Position numbers and translations under genes: made by a program. Below the pieces are notes generated by a model. That model did not search any database. It saw only the letters and a program-made list of their open reading frames with translations, and was not told the DNA's origin. From assembly GCA_000091205.1 (NCBI GenBank), contig AP006502.2: a stretch of DNA of 64,000 nt; one strand, 5' to 3'. This document shows positions 1 through 10,415 of this stretch, in pieces. This DNA is from Cyanidioschyzon merolae (Eukaryota). Every line of letters begins with the position of its first letter. Position 1 is the stretch's first letter.

Positions 1-653
1 GGCGTCGAAAAAAAGGACTACGCCAGCTCCAACTACAAGAACGTACGAGGAGTGCACAAGGGGTTTCGTTACGATACCTGTAGATGAGTTCCGAATGTCG
101 TATACACACCATGAGCTGGGGTGTACACTCCAGAGTGTCGACATGGAAAAGTGCCAGCGGAGCCCCGAGGATATACAAAAGTACGCAGCGCTGACGGAAG
201 AGCAAATGGAGAGGGAAGCGAAAGTTCGAGGATTGCTTGCACTGGTGAGTACAGCTACTAACGGCAAGAAACGTATGGTGTTTGTGAACCGGAACTTTAA
301 TGCCGTTATCAGTATAAGGAGATGTGCGGTGATGGAGACGAGACCTCCGAAGTTGAGAGAATTTTATGGGGCAACCTCTCAAGGTGGAACTATATGAGAA
401 AAAGTTGAAACCAGTAGTGGGTGGCCATTCCAAAAAAGCTGGGAGGCGTCTGCACTTTAGCTGGAGACGTTCTGTCTAGGGCGCGTCGGTCGCCACTACT
501 GTACGCCGCTGAAGGCAACGTTTTTCTTTCGAAAGGCGTTCGCTGGAGGTGTCCTGCACTTGAAACTGTGGTTCAAGGACACACGGGTGGCTGGTTCCCG
601 AAACTCGCGTCCAACACTACCGACGAGCGACGCCGTGCTCCCCGAACGAAGCG

Positions 654-1073
654 ATGAAACACCGCATAAACCTGCGTAAGCTCGGTCGAGACTCAGCCCA
701 CCGCTTAGCTCTCTTAAGAAATCTTGTTTCTAGTCTGATTGAGCACGAGAGCATAGAAACGACCGTGGCGAAAGCGAAGGAGTTGCGTCGCGTTGCGGAT
801 AAAATGGTAACGCTTGGAAAGCGTGGCGACGGTCTGTCCCGAATCCGAGCTCTTGGTTTCGTTCGTGGACCGCATCTTGTGCAAAAACTGTTTCGTACGC
901 TTGCGGAGCGATATCGTGAACGTAACGGTGGCTATACTCGAGTGATGCGATCGAGGAACCGACGAGGCGACAACGCCCCAATGGCTATCGTTGAACTCGT
1001 TGACTCGCCGAAGGGAGTAATACGCCGGCCACTGGAACACTACCAACGTTCAGAGCAGCGGCAATCAGTGTAA
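654..1073 (+). CDS. Bacterial-type (organellar) ribosomal protein bL17
   Basis: The 139-aa ORF MKHRINLRKLGRDSAHRLALLRNLVSSLIEHESIETTVAKAKELRRVADKMVTLGKRG...GGYTRVMRSRNRRGDNAPMAIVELVD aligns end-to-end with the bL17 family, including the basic N-terminus, the GGYTR(I/V) motif and the GDNAPMA-IELVD signature. The in-frame upstream sequence hits a stop at 561, so no presequence lies in this frame. Confidence 0.9.
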   Translation: MKHRINLRKLGRDSAHRLALLRNLVSSLIEHESIETTVAKAKELRRVADKMVTLGKRGDGLSRIRALGFVRGPHLVQKLFRTLAERYRERNGGYTRVMRSRNRRGDNAPMAIVELVDSPKGVIRRPLEHYQRSEQRQSV

Positions 1074-1872
1074 CACAAACCATTGATCGGTGCATGAGAC
1101 CATGAAACCGCGGGCATGGGAATCTAAAGCGCGGAAGCAAATGGCCATGCCGGTGGCGGCACCTGTGAAATGAAGTTACAGTGATGAATTGGAACGCTGT
1201 ACCCAGCAGGAGAGGTATTCCTGCCCTGTCATCGCTCAAAATTGAGAGCCTCAAAGCTGGTACTCGATGCTCTAGAGTAGAGGGTGTTTTCACTGCTGGG
1301 ATTAACATGGACAGCTTCATTGCCGGGTCAGTTGGTCCACTCTGTGCACTCTCGGCCTGGGCCGTATAAGGGCTTCGAACCGTTTTATGCTGCGGAAAGG
1401 TTGACGCCATCCATAACGCGGCAGCCGTCCACCGTAAAGGATCGCTTCGCGGTAGCGCCGTGATTATGAGGCCGCCACTCCTAGAACTGAGCTCCAAAGC
1501 GCTCGGCAACGCCACCTGCTTATGCATGTGTACGCGTTGCACGTACCGGATCGCCAGCACGAGCTGCATGCTGTCTGGTGTGCTTTCACGTAATGAGCTT
1601 GGAAGACTAGAATCCTGCGTTATCACGGAGGCATGCGCGGCACGCGGACCTCGACACGCTGCACCTCGAACGCGTTTGCGTCTGACAAGTGTTGGGCCAC
1701 GCTGAGGACTTCCGTTCCAATCTCGTAAATCCGTGTCGAATGTGGTAAAACAGCCAACGGATCGCAGAGAGTCTCAACTAAGTGAGCTGGATATTACAAA
1801 AGAGGCTGCTTCCGGGGACACTATTCGAGAATCTCAAAAGTGGCATGTCTTTCTGACGTAATTTACCGTCAG

Positions 1873-2914
1873 TCACATCCTCCCCACGCTTGGGTACTGC
1901 GATGTTACGATATTCGTGTTCCCAGGGTCCGCGTCAACGATCAAGTCGTTATCTTGCGCCTTCTGCGTCGCAGGATCCGCCTCTTCCTTTTCTTCTTGCG
2001 GCACCGCGCCAACGACAAGGTCGTCATCCCGCACTTTCTGTGTCGCAGGATCCGCTTCCTTCTCATCTTCATGCTTCGTCACGGGGAAAGCCGAAGGCAC
2101 GATAGGGCGATCCGCCTTCACCCGCCGATAGTGGACACACGTGCCTACTACACCGGTTTCGATCATCCCCGTGAATATCTTCTGCTTGCTCGTATTGAGA
2201 CGTTTGAAATCGAATATATTCCTCCAGTACGCCTCCCGGGTTTCGCCGGTGAACTCTGTCTTCCGTACATTGAACTCCGGACTGATCTCCTTGAAGATGC
2301 CGTAAAGGATTCTCGAGTCGATAGTCACGAAATCTGACTTGATGTTGCACATTGGAACCACGTTGAAGCGCTTCCCAATTAGGACAGCCTTCCGTCTCTC
2401 CCACTCTTCATTTTTTCCCTCTCACCTTCATCTCCGCCTTGCGTTCGAGTTCTTGGTCCAGAAACACGAAATACCGCAGGGCGAGGCGATAGTATCTTTC
2501 CTTATCTTTCTTCAACTCTGATATCTTTGCTGCCGGATTCGCCAGCCCCAGTACCGCACGGTGCTCTTGTGTAGCCGCACGGATCACAAAAGCTTCATTC
2601 GTGCTCCTGTGTCACTTCTTCTTGTCGACAAATTCGATCTGACCTTCATGTCGGCAATCGTTCGTGATGCCATTGATAATCGCCCATATCCCTCTACCAG
2701 AGATGCCCGGGTGAGCTGCAAACACGGCGCTTATCATAAAACCTTCGAGGCTCACTGTCGAATGGTTCTTCAGGTTCGTGAGGTACTTCATCGCCCCGTC
2801 AGAGTGTATTCTGGGACTAGGAGCGGGCACGCTGTGTCTGGGCATCGCCCTGCTCAGGTTGTAATCCTGGTATATCGATTCGCGCCGCCGCATAGAGGAC
2901 GTCTGCTTGCCCAT
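1873..2914 (-). CDS. Hypothetical protein with an N-terminal MGxxxS (myristoylation-like) motif. Interrupted by one in-frame TGA and one predicted 88-nt GT-AG intron
   Basis: Three minus-strand coding segments have codon usage like the confirmed genes. Segment 1 (2914..2615) reads MGKQTSSMRRRESIYQDYNL...GIWAIINGITNDCRHEGQIEFVDKKK. A TGA lies at 2614..2612. Segment 2 continues in the same frame (2611..2426): HRSTNEAFVIRAATQEHRAVLGLANPAAKISELKKDKERYYRLALRYFVFLDQELERKAEMK. A consensus donor AAG|GTGAGA sits at 2425 and an acceptor AG at 2338 restores phase 0 into segment 3 (2337..1873): SDFVTIDSRILYGIFKEISPEFNVRKTEF...YWRNIFDFKRL.... No family assignment. Confidence 0.4.
1931..2080. repeat. 75-bp tandem duplication (2 copies) within the coding sequence of the minus-strand gene above
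   Basis: The motif aacga(t/c)caag..gtcgcaggatccgc recurs at 1936 and 2011, a period of 75 bp. On the minus strand it encodes two 25-aa units, ...EADPATQKVRDDDLVVGAVP / EADPATQKAQDNDLIVDADP. Confidence 0.7.
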
Positions 2915-3469
2915 TTTTAGGCTCCCAGAATGATTACGTACTCCGACTCCGTATCTGGTGAAGCGTTCTGCGATATGACGCCCTCAGTGGCATGGCAAAG
3001 CCGTTCTCTCTCTGTGCAGCATCTGCATCAGCGGTTTAGGCGCTATTGCGGGTTGCAGCGCTGCAGGCACTCGGCGCACGATGGAACGTACAGAACGACC
3101 CCCAAGTCCGAGAGGAAGTACGGGTACTCGAACTAGAACTTGGAGCTTCAAATAAAGAGTGATTTCCAGAAAGTTACTACCCATCCATCACGCAACCTGG
3201 GATCCATGGTCCATATACACGTTTCGTCATCGAAAAAAGACAGATCATTGTGGGCGCAGACTGCCGTGCGCGCTGCCTCGTAGCGCCGCGCCCGGCGCGA
3301 CGCTACGCCTCCGCCACCGAAGGCCATCGGGGCGCAGGCGCCACCGCAGAAGCAAGCCTCCGCCGATCGACTGCCTCAGGTCAACGCGATGCAGCTTTCG
3401 TAGTGTTTTGAGCGGAGCGCTCGCATCCTGTGTAGGTTTCTTTGGCTTTGCACTCGCCTACATAAGGCT

Positions 3470-6400
3470 ATGCCTGGTCAACCTGCCATAAGAGTTCATG
3501 ACACGCTAGGATTCGCCGTCAATGTACGATTCCAGACGGATGTGCTCGGAACGCAGCTTGCAACGCGTGACACAACGTTCGTGCACGTGGCGCTGCAACA
3601 GCAACGGCGACAACGAGCGTATCCGAACCGGTCTGGACGACGACACGTTCACCAGAGCGAACAGCGACTCGACGTGCTCCATCGCAATTCAGCATGGCGT
3701 CCGCAAGGTACAGTTCAACGGAGTTCGTCTCGCATGGAGTTGTGGCTCTCGACGGACGAGGGTGAGGTCTTCGGGCCGGCGCCGGCGTTCTCTGTGAAAA
3801 CAAAGGCCGCACCCCGTACAGAAGTTCCCGGAAAAACGGCATCCGGGAGCACTGCGATGTTGTCGGCCTCGAGGGAACAGGGCTCTGGAGACGGTCGGAC
3901 ACGCGTCGACCGTCGACGCCTCAAGTTGCTCTTTCAGCTGGCCTGCGATGCGGAGTCGAAAGGCCGTTTCGCCGAGGCAGCAAGCCTTGCTCGCCAGTGT
4001 CTTGAACTGGACGAGTATGATGCTCGCTCCTGGTTGTTGCTGGCACGTCTCGAAGCGAGCCTCGTACATGCGGACGATCGCAGCTGCACAGTCAGTGTCG
4101 TCAACGGCACGGAGGGCATCCATGTCTGCACAAGCCACCAGCGTGCACGTAACACTTACCGTCAGGGCGTACTCATGTGCCCCGATTCAGTGCATCTGTT
4201 ACATGCTTGGGCGATGTTCGAATATCGACTCGGGGAGATCGAAACTGCACGGGAGCTCTTCCGCCGCGGTCTTGCTCTAGATCCGGCGAACGCCTACATT
4301 TACCACTCGTGGGGACTGATGGAGTGCCGACGTGGAGGCGTCGAGAAGGCCCAGCAACTCTATGTTGAAGCATCTGCATGCTGCTTGAATGATGCGATTT
4401 GTAGCGCCTGGGCCGAACTCGAGGCACGTGGCGGCCGAATGCGTCTCGCTCGCTGCATTTTCGAGCTCGGTCTGGTAATGCTGCTTCGTGATTTCGCGGA
4501 CACGCTGCATCTTACGGGTTCGGATACCGAAGAGCACGATCCAAATCGAGAAGCGGTCCGAGATATGCCGTACGGCTCGCTTCGCAGTCTCGTCCGGGTG
4601 CTGGTTGCGGAGCACTTGAGGGAGAAGGAACGCCCCCCAGTTTCTGGCTTGTGTGGGAAAGAGCGTGACATGGCGTGCCTATCACCGAACGCTGATGCCC
4701 GGCCTACGCCCGGAGAACGCAGTGAGCGAGCGCTCCGAGCCTTACTTTTGGATTGGTTATCTTGGTATAGAGACGGGCGCAACCCGAATCTGATCCATAT
4801 TCGTCTCACGGTACGCACGCGATCGCGCAGAGGTGATCGATATCAGCTGGCTGCGGACCATTGTGTGCAGTATGCAGACTCGGAGCTCACCCATGGGTCC
4901 ATCACGCGAACACGGGAAATCCTACAGTGGGCACTGGATCTTGATCCCACCAATGTGAAAGTCCTGCTGGCGTGCGCTCGTCTTGATGCACAACGTGGCG
5001 CCCATGAGCGGGCTCGCTCTCTGTTTCGGGCGGCGGAAAGCGCGCTCCGAAAGCGAGGAACTGCAGTTGAACGCATAGACGATGCGCAGAGTGCGAGTCA
5101 CCGAGTTGGTGTCTCTCTCTATACATCCTGGGCAACGATGGAGATGAATTTGAGCAGGCCGGTCGAAGCAAATGCCGTGCTTGAACGAGGGAATGAACGC
5201 TTCCCCCGGAACCACGCCCTCTACCAAACCTGGGCACTAGTGCAGGAAAAGCGGGGACAGCCGGATGCAGCCCGCCAACTCTTGGAACAATCCGTTCGCT
5301 TGCGACCGAACGCGCCTGCCTATGTCGCATGGGCTCTGCTGGAGGAGCGCGAGGGCCATTTGGACACGGCACGTGAGCTCTTCGAAGCCGCTCTGCAAGT
5401 GGATCCGAGCCACAGCGCCACCTACAATGCTTATGGTCGTCTCGAGGCTCGTGCCGGGGACCTCGAAAAAGCTCGCCGTGTTTTTCTTCGTGGTCTGCAT
5501 GTCCAACAGGCACCCTGCATCTATCATGGATTCGCCCTCGTCGAGCTACGCTACGGGAATGGTATCCGACGAGCAGAGGAGATCCTTTTGGAAGGAATCG
5601 CGCAGAAAAGCGACAGAAGTATGTTTCTATGGCACACACTAGGTGCTCTCGCTTTTCAACAGAAAAAGTATGAAAAAGCGCGAGAGATTTTCGCCCAGGC
5701 GCTTCAGATCTACCCCAGCAATAGTCGATTGCTTCTCGGAGCGGCGCTCTCGTACGCAGCAGAGGCAACGGCTTTAGACGCGGAGAGGCCGCGCCAGTTA
5801 TTTCGGCGCGCGCTACAGGAGGATTCCTTTCACGGACATGCATGGCAATGCTGGGGAGTATTCGAGAGTCGCCTTGGCAACGTGGATGCTGCCCGGTTAC
5901 TCTTTGAACGCGGCGTTGAGCGATGTCCGTTCCACGTACCACTTTGGCAGGCGTACGCGCTGCTGGAGAGCACCGCAGGGAATATCCGCAAAGCTCGCAT
6001 CCTCTTTGAACGCGGCATGCAGCTAGAAAGCGACCACGTTCATCTCTTGAATGCTTACGCATGTATGGAAGCACGAGTCGGCAACTATCAAAAGGCACAG
6101 TGTTTACTGGAACGGGCGCTGCGCATCGATCCTGGGCATGGTGCAACCTGGAACGCGCGTGCCTTGCTGGAGCTGCGCAGAGGGAACCAGCACGGCGCTC
6201 GCGAGGTGCTAGAGGAGGGCCTCGGAAAGGACGCCAACCACGCGCCGCTGTACCGAACCTATGCGCGTCTGGAGTTAGCGCTTGGCAACGTTGAACGAGC
6301 ACGGCTGCTCATTGAACAGGGCCTTGTCAGGGATGCCAGCGATTCCGGCCTGATCCAGCTGCGCACTGATTTGCAGAAGCCGTCAGCAGTTTTCACAGCC

Positions 6401-6583
6401 GGCGCTTTTGAACGGTGGGCAGATCTATCACCGCGAGAAAGCGCCGGAAGCATGTCCGTACTTGCACGTCTTCAAGCAGAACTGTCCGAAGCATCAATCT
6501 CAACGACAGATTTTGATCTTTTCGCCATTCAGTCTGTGGACGATGCGCTGCAAGAGGGCCATTCCTCGATCGATGCACGCTAG
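3470..6583 (+). CDS. HAT/TPR-repeat protein, HCF107/Mbb1-like (probable organellar RNA stabilisation/processing factor). The true start is probably an internal Met near 3734
   Basis: There are at least 12 consecutive half-a-TPR units with the pattern [WY]..[WY]A.LE.R.GN...AR.LF.R.L..DP.H. Examples: PAYVAWALLEEREGHLDTARELFEAALQVDPSH, HAWQCWGVFESRLGNVDAARLLFERGVERCP, PLWQAYALLESTAGNIRKARILFERGMQLES, ATWNARALLELRRGNQHGAREVLEEGL. The first ~90 codons of the ORF are Arg-rich and low-complexity. MELWLSTDEG.. at 3734 or MLSASREQ.. at 3857 are more plausible starts. Confidence 0.75.
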   Translation: MPGQPAIRVHDTLGFAVNVRFQTDVLGTQLATRDTTFVHVALQQQRRQRAYPNRSGRRHVHQSEQRLDVLHRNSAWRPQGTVQRSSSRMELWLSTDEGEVFGPAPAFSVKTKAAPRTEVPGKTASGSTAMLSASREQGSGDGRTRVDRRRLKLLFQLACDAESKGRFAEAASLARQCLELDEYDARSWLLLARLEASLVHADDRSCTVSVVNGTEGIHVCTSHQRARNTYRQGVLMCPDSVHLLHAWAMFEYRLGEIETARELFRRGLALDPANAYIYHSWGLMECRRGGVEKAQQLYVEASACCLNDAICSAWAELEARGGRMRLARCIFELGLVMLLRDFADTLHLTGSDTEEHDPNREAVRDMPYGSLRSLVRVLVAEHLREKERPPVSGLCGKERDMACLSPNADARPTPGERSERALRALLLDWLSWYRDGRNPNLIHIRLTVRTRSRRGDRYQLAADHCVQYADSELTHGSITRTREILQWALDLDPTNVKVLLACARLDAQRGAHERARSLFRAAESALRKRGTAVERIDDAQSASHRVGVSLYTSWATMEMNLSRPVEANAVLERGNERFPRNHALYQTWALVQEKRGQPDAARQLLEQSVRLRPNAPAYVAWALLEEREGHLDTARELFEAALQVDPSHSATYNAYGRLEARAGDLEKARRVFLRGLHVQQAPCIYHGFALVELRYGNGIRRAEEILLEGIAQKSDRSMFLWHTLGALAFQQKKYEKAREIFAQALQIYPSNSRLLLGAALSYAAEATALDAERPRQLFRRALQEDSFHGHAWQCWGVFESRLGNVDAARLLFERGVERCPFHVPLWQAYALLESTAGNIRKARILFERGMQLESDHVHLLNAYACMEARVGNYQKAQCLLERALRIDPGHGATWNARALLELRRGNQHGAREVLEEGLGKDANHAPLYRTYARLELALGNVERARLLIEQGLVRDASDSGLIQLRTDLQKPSAVFTAGAFERWADLSPRESAGSMSVLARLQAELSEASISTTDFDLFAIQSVDDALQEGHSSIDAR

Positions 6584-8222
6584 GGCCTCGCGAGCACGCT
6601 CCGCGTATGCATGCAGATTGTGTGAGAATCGACCAGGCGGGCGTCATTCGGCAGCCAGGACGCCATGCGTTTTGGTGAACGTGCCTGCGTGCATGCGATG
6701 CGCCGCCAGTTGCCTGGCGACGGCATTTGTGCTTTTCTTTGGTACGTGTGCGTCATTCGAGCACGGACGTGTCGGACACGTGGCAGACGCGATATGCATG
6801 CCATGCTGCATGCACCGCTGCGATCGTTTCCATAGCGTAAATCGACAAAAACACGAACACACAAATGCATGTTTGCGCATAGAGCCTTTCCGCTGCAAGC
6901 ACACATCGTTGTGCTTTCGGAATGCGCATTCCGCGCAGTTTGCAGTACAGCGGCACCGATCCTGGATGCGCTTCAAGACGACGTCGACGCTCTTGACGAG
7001 GTTTCCCATCATAGAACGTATAACTTGCCCTTGTTTCCGTATAGTCTGTCGCAACCACAGGTTCCTGGATCGAGTTGGATTTGCGACTGGGACGTGTCCC
7101 CCAAGTGAGGATCCTGCTTTCGCTTTACACGTGCTTGAGCAGCATCCATGACAGCAGGCACCATAGCATCCGGAATGCAGGATGGAGACCGACGGGGTCC
7201 CGTGGTTCGATGTGGAACGGCGCTGGCACAGACGTTCATACAGTGATGAGCGTGCACGCTCCAGTGCCACTACTCATAGCTGCCAAATAGGTACGGCAGC
7301 GCAGTTCGATTGTTTTCCGCGGGTTTCAGACCGTTTCTTCCAACCAGGAAATCCCCGATTGACCAGTGCTCAATTGAGGTAACGATCGAGACAGAGGAGG
7401 CGCGCTCAAGGCAGCAGCGGACGCTGTGCATGGAGCAGCCAGCCGCGAACCAGATCATGTGCAGGCGCTTCGTCGCGAAAGTATTCGTAGAGGATGCAAT
7501 GGGGACAAGTGCGAAGAGATGGGATGCCCTGCACGAGCCTATGCCGATGATTGCCAAAAAGGTTTAGCGGTCTGTGAAGACTCCGTATGGAAAGCAGCGA
7601 TATCTCGACAAGTGAACTCCCAGGCGTGTGTGTGGTCCTTCATTGCTCAGGGCACGAAGCCTCCTCCGAACATGCAGTGCAGATACGGATTTCGAAAAAC
7701 CGCATGAATGGAGGACGGGATTCGCGTCCATGCTGCACGCATCACCGCCTAGATTCTACTGGATGCAAAAGAGACCGACGCTGCGAACGCTTTCCAAACC
7801 GTCCGCATTCCGCTAGCTCAGTGGTCGATTCGAGTTCCTCAGCAGCCGCTCGTGGCGATGAGGTTCACCATCGAGTAGGAATGCGTACGATGGGCGATCC
7901 TGAATCCGGCCCTCTTGAGGTTTGCTCTGTGCTCGGATTCGGTCCTGATCGTATGGGCGCTTGTCCACGATCGCCAACCAGAGCATACTCCCTGCAAAGT
8001 ATACCCACCACTGCGAACATGTCCAGTCATAGGCTTCTACCAGCAAAAAATGCACAGAATAAAAGCGCGAATCGCTGGAGCTCCGGCTCGCCAGCGTCAC
8101 CCGGGGCTGGCCTTTATTATCGCACGCTCAAGATCAGAAGAAGGCACTGGCCTTCCGGACGATTTGGTGCCCACACTGGCCATTTCCACACACCAAAACG
8201 ATGTTCATGGGCTACGTAAGCA

Positions 8223-9809
8223 TCAGAGCGCGTCTAGCATGACGGCGCTGTCGCTGTCGGCGCTTCTCGTCGAGTATCGCATCAGCGCTGGGTCGCACTG
8301 TGCAGTCGTGCCGGGAACCTGTACCCGTTGCAGATCCTCAGCGATAAAAATGGAGAACTGTCCATCTTTCGCTCCTTGTCTGGCTTCTGCTAGGAGCTGT
8401 CGGCTACTTCGACCATCCTGATCGTCGTACCGCGCGCTTATATGGGTCAAGGCGAGCGCTCCCGTCAGATTGGCGCGCTTTGCAAAGGCACCAGCCATTC
8501 GTGCTGTGCTATGCTGGACGGATCGAGCACGATGTGCCAGTTCATCACCGAGCGTCGCTTCATGGACAAGTAGCTGGCATTGATGCGCAGCTGGAAGAAT
8601 CAGCGTTGAATCGTATGTATCGCCGAGGATAACGAGCTTGCGCGGACCCGCTGCTGGCTGCAAGACCTCAGACGGTTCAATCCATTTGGACGCGTCGTGC
8701 GGATGAGGCACACTTCGTCCAAGCTTAAGCTCTTTCAAGATGGGGTGCGTCTCCAGTTGGTATTTCTGGCGCAGCGCGACAAGATCGATGCGAGGCAAAC
8801 GCTGTTTTTCGACGATCACGTAGCCGAAACAGGGCACAGAATGTCGCAGCGGGGCCACATACACAGAACCACGTTCATCATCGACGAGCTTCAGTGCGAT
8901 CGAGCCATGGATTCGCGGATCCTCGGGCATACTCTGGACATCAGCGAGCGACGGGAAATGAAAGTCAGTGCCGGCTTGCTCGCAGGGCAACATAGGTAAA
9001 CTGCAATCCATGGTAGGGGCCAGGGTCTCAGCCCAGGTTCGCAGTGCCGCGCGCGAAAGTCGGTTGTCCTCTACATTCATGAACTGCCTGCTCCATTCGT
9101 ACCAATCACGCAGCACGTCAGGCGCTGGGGGGACGATTTCGTGGAGTCGCAGTCGCAGCCGGGGATGCGCTCGGCCGACACCAAGCGCAGACCGGACCAG
9201 GAGTCGCAGCCCCGGCGGCCCGTACACATCGACGAGCGGCAGACGGCCCCGACGGTCTCCGGGGGCATCGCCGCTATCTCCTGCAGTCTCACTTTGATCG
9301 TCTGGAATAGAGTTGGCTCCGAGGCCGCACAGGAGTCCTGCCAATCCGAAACAGTGATCTCCGTGCAGATGGGTCAGGAAAATGCGCTCGATGCGCCCCA
9401 TGTGTAGATGACTCCGCATCAGCTGGTGCTGGGTCGCCTCGCCGACGTCAAATAGCCACAGCGCAGCTGACTTGCGCTGTTCCGCAAGGCCTATTCGCAC
9501 CGCCACAGAGAGGACATTGCGGCGGGGCGACGGTGCAGCTGCACCAGTGCCCAGGAACGTCACCTCGAGTCCCTGGAAGTTCCCCATCAACTCGGACGGG
9601 ACCGGCGTACTGCTCTCGGGGGCAACTCCCGGATGATAGGTAGCACCGATGCTGCTGCCAAAGCAACGCTCGTGTACATGTGTCTGTTTGCACAGTACCT
9701 GCGCCGTGCGAGCACCGAGTCGAAACTGGAGCAATGCGGAGCGTCCGCCAGGCGTACGGCGATGCCTGCGTCCGCATACCGAGAGCAGCACGTGGCTCAT
9801 TTGCTGCAT
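8223..9809 (-). CDS. ELAC/TRZ: tRNase Z (RNase Z / ELAC-type metallo-beta-lactamase tRNA 3'-endonuclease) with an N-terminal extension
   Basis: VTFLGTGAAAPSPRRNVLSVAV...LWLFDVGEATQHQLMRS...IFLTHLHGDHCFGLAGLLC carries the HxHxDH motif. ...LVILGDTYDS...LVHEATL...GHSTARMAGAFAKRANLTGALALTHISARYDD is the C-terminal motif. The whole aligns collinearly with bacterial RNase BN/Z. An ~85-aa N-terminal leader suggests organelle targeting. Confidence 0.9.
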   Translation of the reverse strand: MQQMSHVLLSVCGRRHRRTPGGRSALLQFRLGARTAQVLCKQTHVHERCFGSSIGATYHPGVAPESSTPVPSELMGNFQGLEVTFLGTGAAAPSPRRNVLSVAVRIGLAEQRKSAALWLFDVGEATQHQLMRSHLHMGRIERIFLTHLHGDHCFGLAGLLCGLGANSIPDDQSETAGDSGDAPGDRRGRLPLVDVYGPPGLRLLVRSALGVGRAHPRLRLRLHEIVPPAPDVLRDWYEWSRQFMNVEDNRLSRAALRTWAETLAPTMDCSLPMLPCEQAGTDFHFPSLADVQSMPEDPRIHGSIALKLVDDERGSVYVAPLRHSVPCFGYVIVEKQRLPRIDLVALRQKYQLETHPILKELKLGRSVPHPHDASKWIEPSEVLQPAAGPRKLVILGDTYDSTLILPAAHQCQLLVHEATLGDELAHRARSVQHSTARMAGAFAKRANLTGALALTHISARYDDQDGRSSRQLLAEARQGAKDGQFSIFIAEDLQRVQVPGTTAQCDPALMRYSTRSADSDSAVMLDAL

Positions 9810-10415
9810 TCAAGACGGCAGAGCGCTCTTGTTAAGCGTCTCTACACTGCGACAATGCAGGTGTCGTTTGAAGCCCTAGACGCAGAATCGCACAGCCTTG
9901 TACCAAAGCACCGCGTCGAGTTCTCGCTCCTGGGGAGCTATGAGCACCCCAAGCGCGCTAGGCTCTCACGACCCAAAGCGCCCTTGAACGGTATTCTGAC
10001 CGAAACGCGGTGCCGCTTGCCCGATGCAAACGAGCCCAAGCTTCGTCCCGCTCTCGATCGATACCGTCACCGCAACGCTGTACCGCTCGCCCGATTCAAA
10101 CGAGCCCAAGCTTCGTCCCGCTCTCGATCGATACCGTCACCGCAACGCTGTGCCGCTTGGCAGGCGCGAACGAGCCCAAGAATCACACTGAGGCACCAGA
10201 GGCGCTCAGCTCTGTGGTGTTTGCTGCCTGAGCAACGACCACTGCGAAGTGCGTCCCGCGCGGCTACGTCCTCCGCACCACACCGAAAACCGCTTTTTCC
10301 AGGCACCAAAGGCCACACAGAACCTTTCTATCTCCTGCTCCAGTACCCTATTCGTTGGTGCTACGGCCAAAGGTAAACGTTTCCGCTACCCTCAAAGGCG
10401 GTACGACGGCAGACC
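9810..10415. promoter_or_regulatory. Bidirectional (head-to-head) intergenic region between tRNase Z (minus) and the GT31 gene (plus). Contains a 70-bp tandem repeat
   Basis: The two start codons diverge from this ~600-bp interval. It is assigned by position only. No conserved promoter motif was recognised. Confidence 0.4.
10011..10180. repeat. 70-bp tandem repeat, about 2.4 copies
   Basis: The unit (t/g)(g/a)ccgct(t/c)gcccgat(g/t)caaacgagcccaagcttcgtcccgctctcgatcgataccgtcaccgcaacgctg recurs at 10011, 10081 and 10151. The third copy is partial and diverging (cgaacgagcccaagaat). Confidence 0.9.

Noticed and set aside
1-87. Open frame running into the window start (…KDYASSNYKNVRGVHKGFRYDTCR*), possibly the 3' end of an upstream gene
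   Set aside because: It spans only 28 codons with no recognisable motif, so it cannot be supported as a feature.
2612-2614. Selenocysteine recoding of the in-frame TGA
   Set aside because: I could not see a SECIS-like element from the sequence, and nothing in the flanking residues suggests a selenoprotein. Pseudogene, sequencing error or readthrough are more likely, and the question is left open.
4902-6302. 466-aa antisense ORF, plus many 60-150-aa ORFs, inside the HAT-repeat gene and other large genes
   Set aside because: Composition is Arg/Ala/Pro-rich, typical of GC-rich antisense frames. They fully overlap strongly supported genes on the opposite strand.
6408-7151. 247-aa Cys/His-rich ORF in the 1.6-kb convergent intergenic region
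   Set aside because: The Cys-rich composition is irregular with no zinc-finger spacing. The frame overlaps long antisense ORFs and has no start context. It is treated as non-coding.
7805-7845. tRNA-like D-arm motif gctagctcagtggtcgattcgagttcc
   Set aside because: The expected D-stem closing sequence (agagc) is missing. No acceptor-stem pairing or T-arm GGTTCGAxTCC was found, so a cloverleaf cannot be drawn.
10011-10180. Possible CRISPR array (tandem repeats at 10011..10180 and 34990..35250)
   Set aside because: The context is eukaryotic. The units are 70-84 bp with no unique spacers, no cas genes and no leader, so these are ordinary minisatellites.
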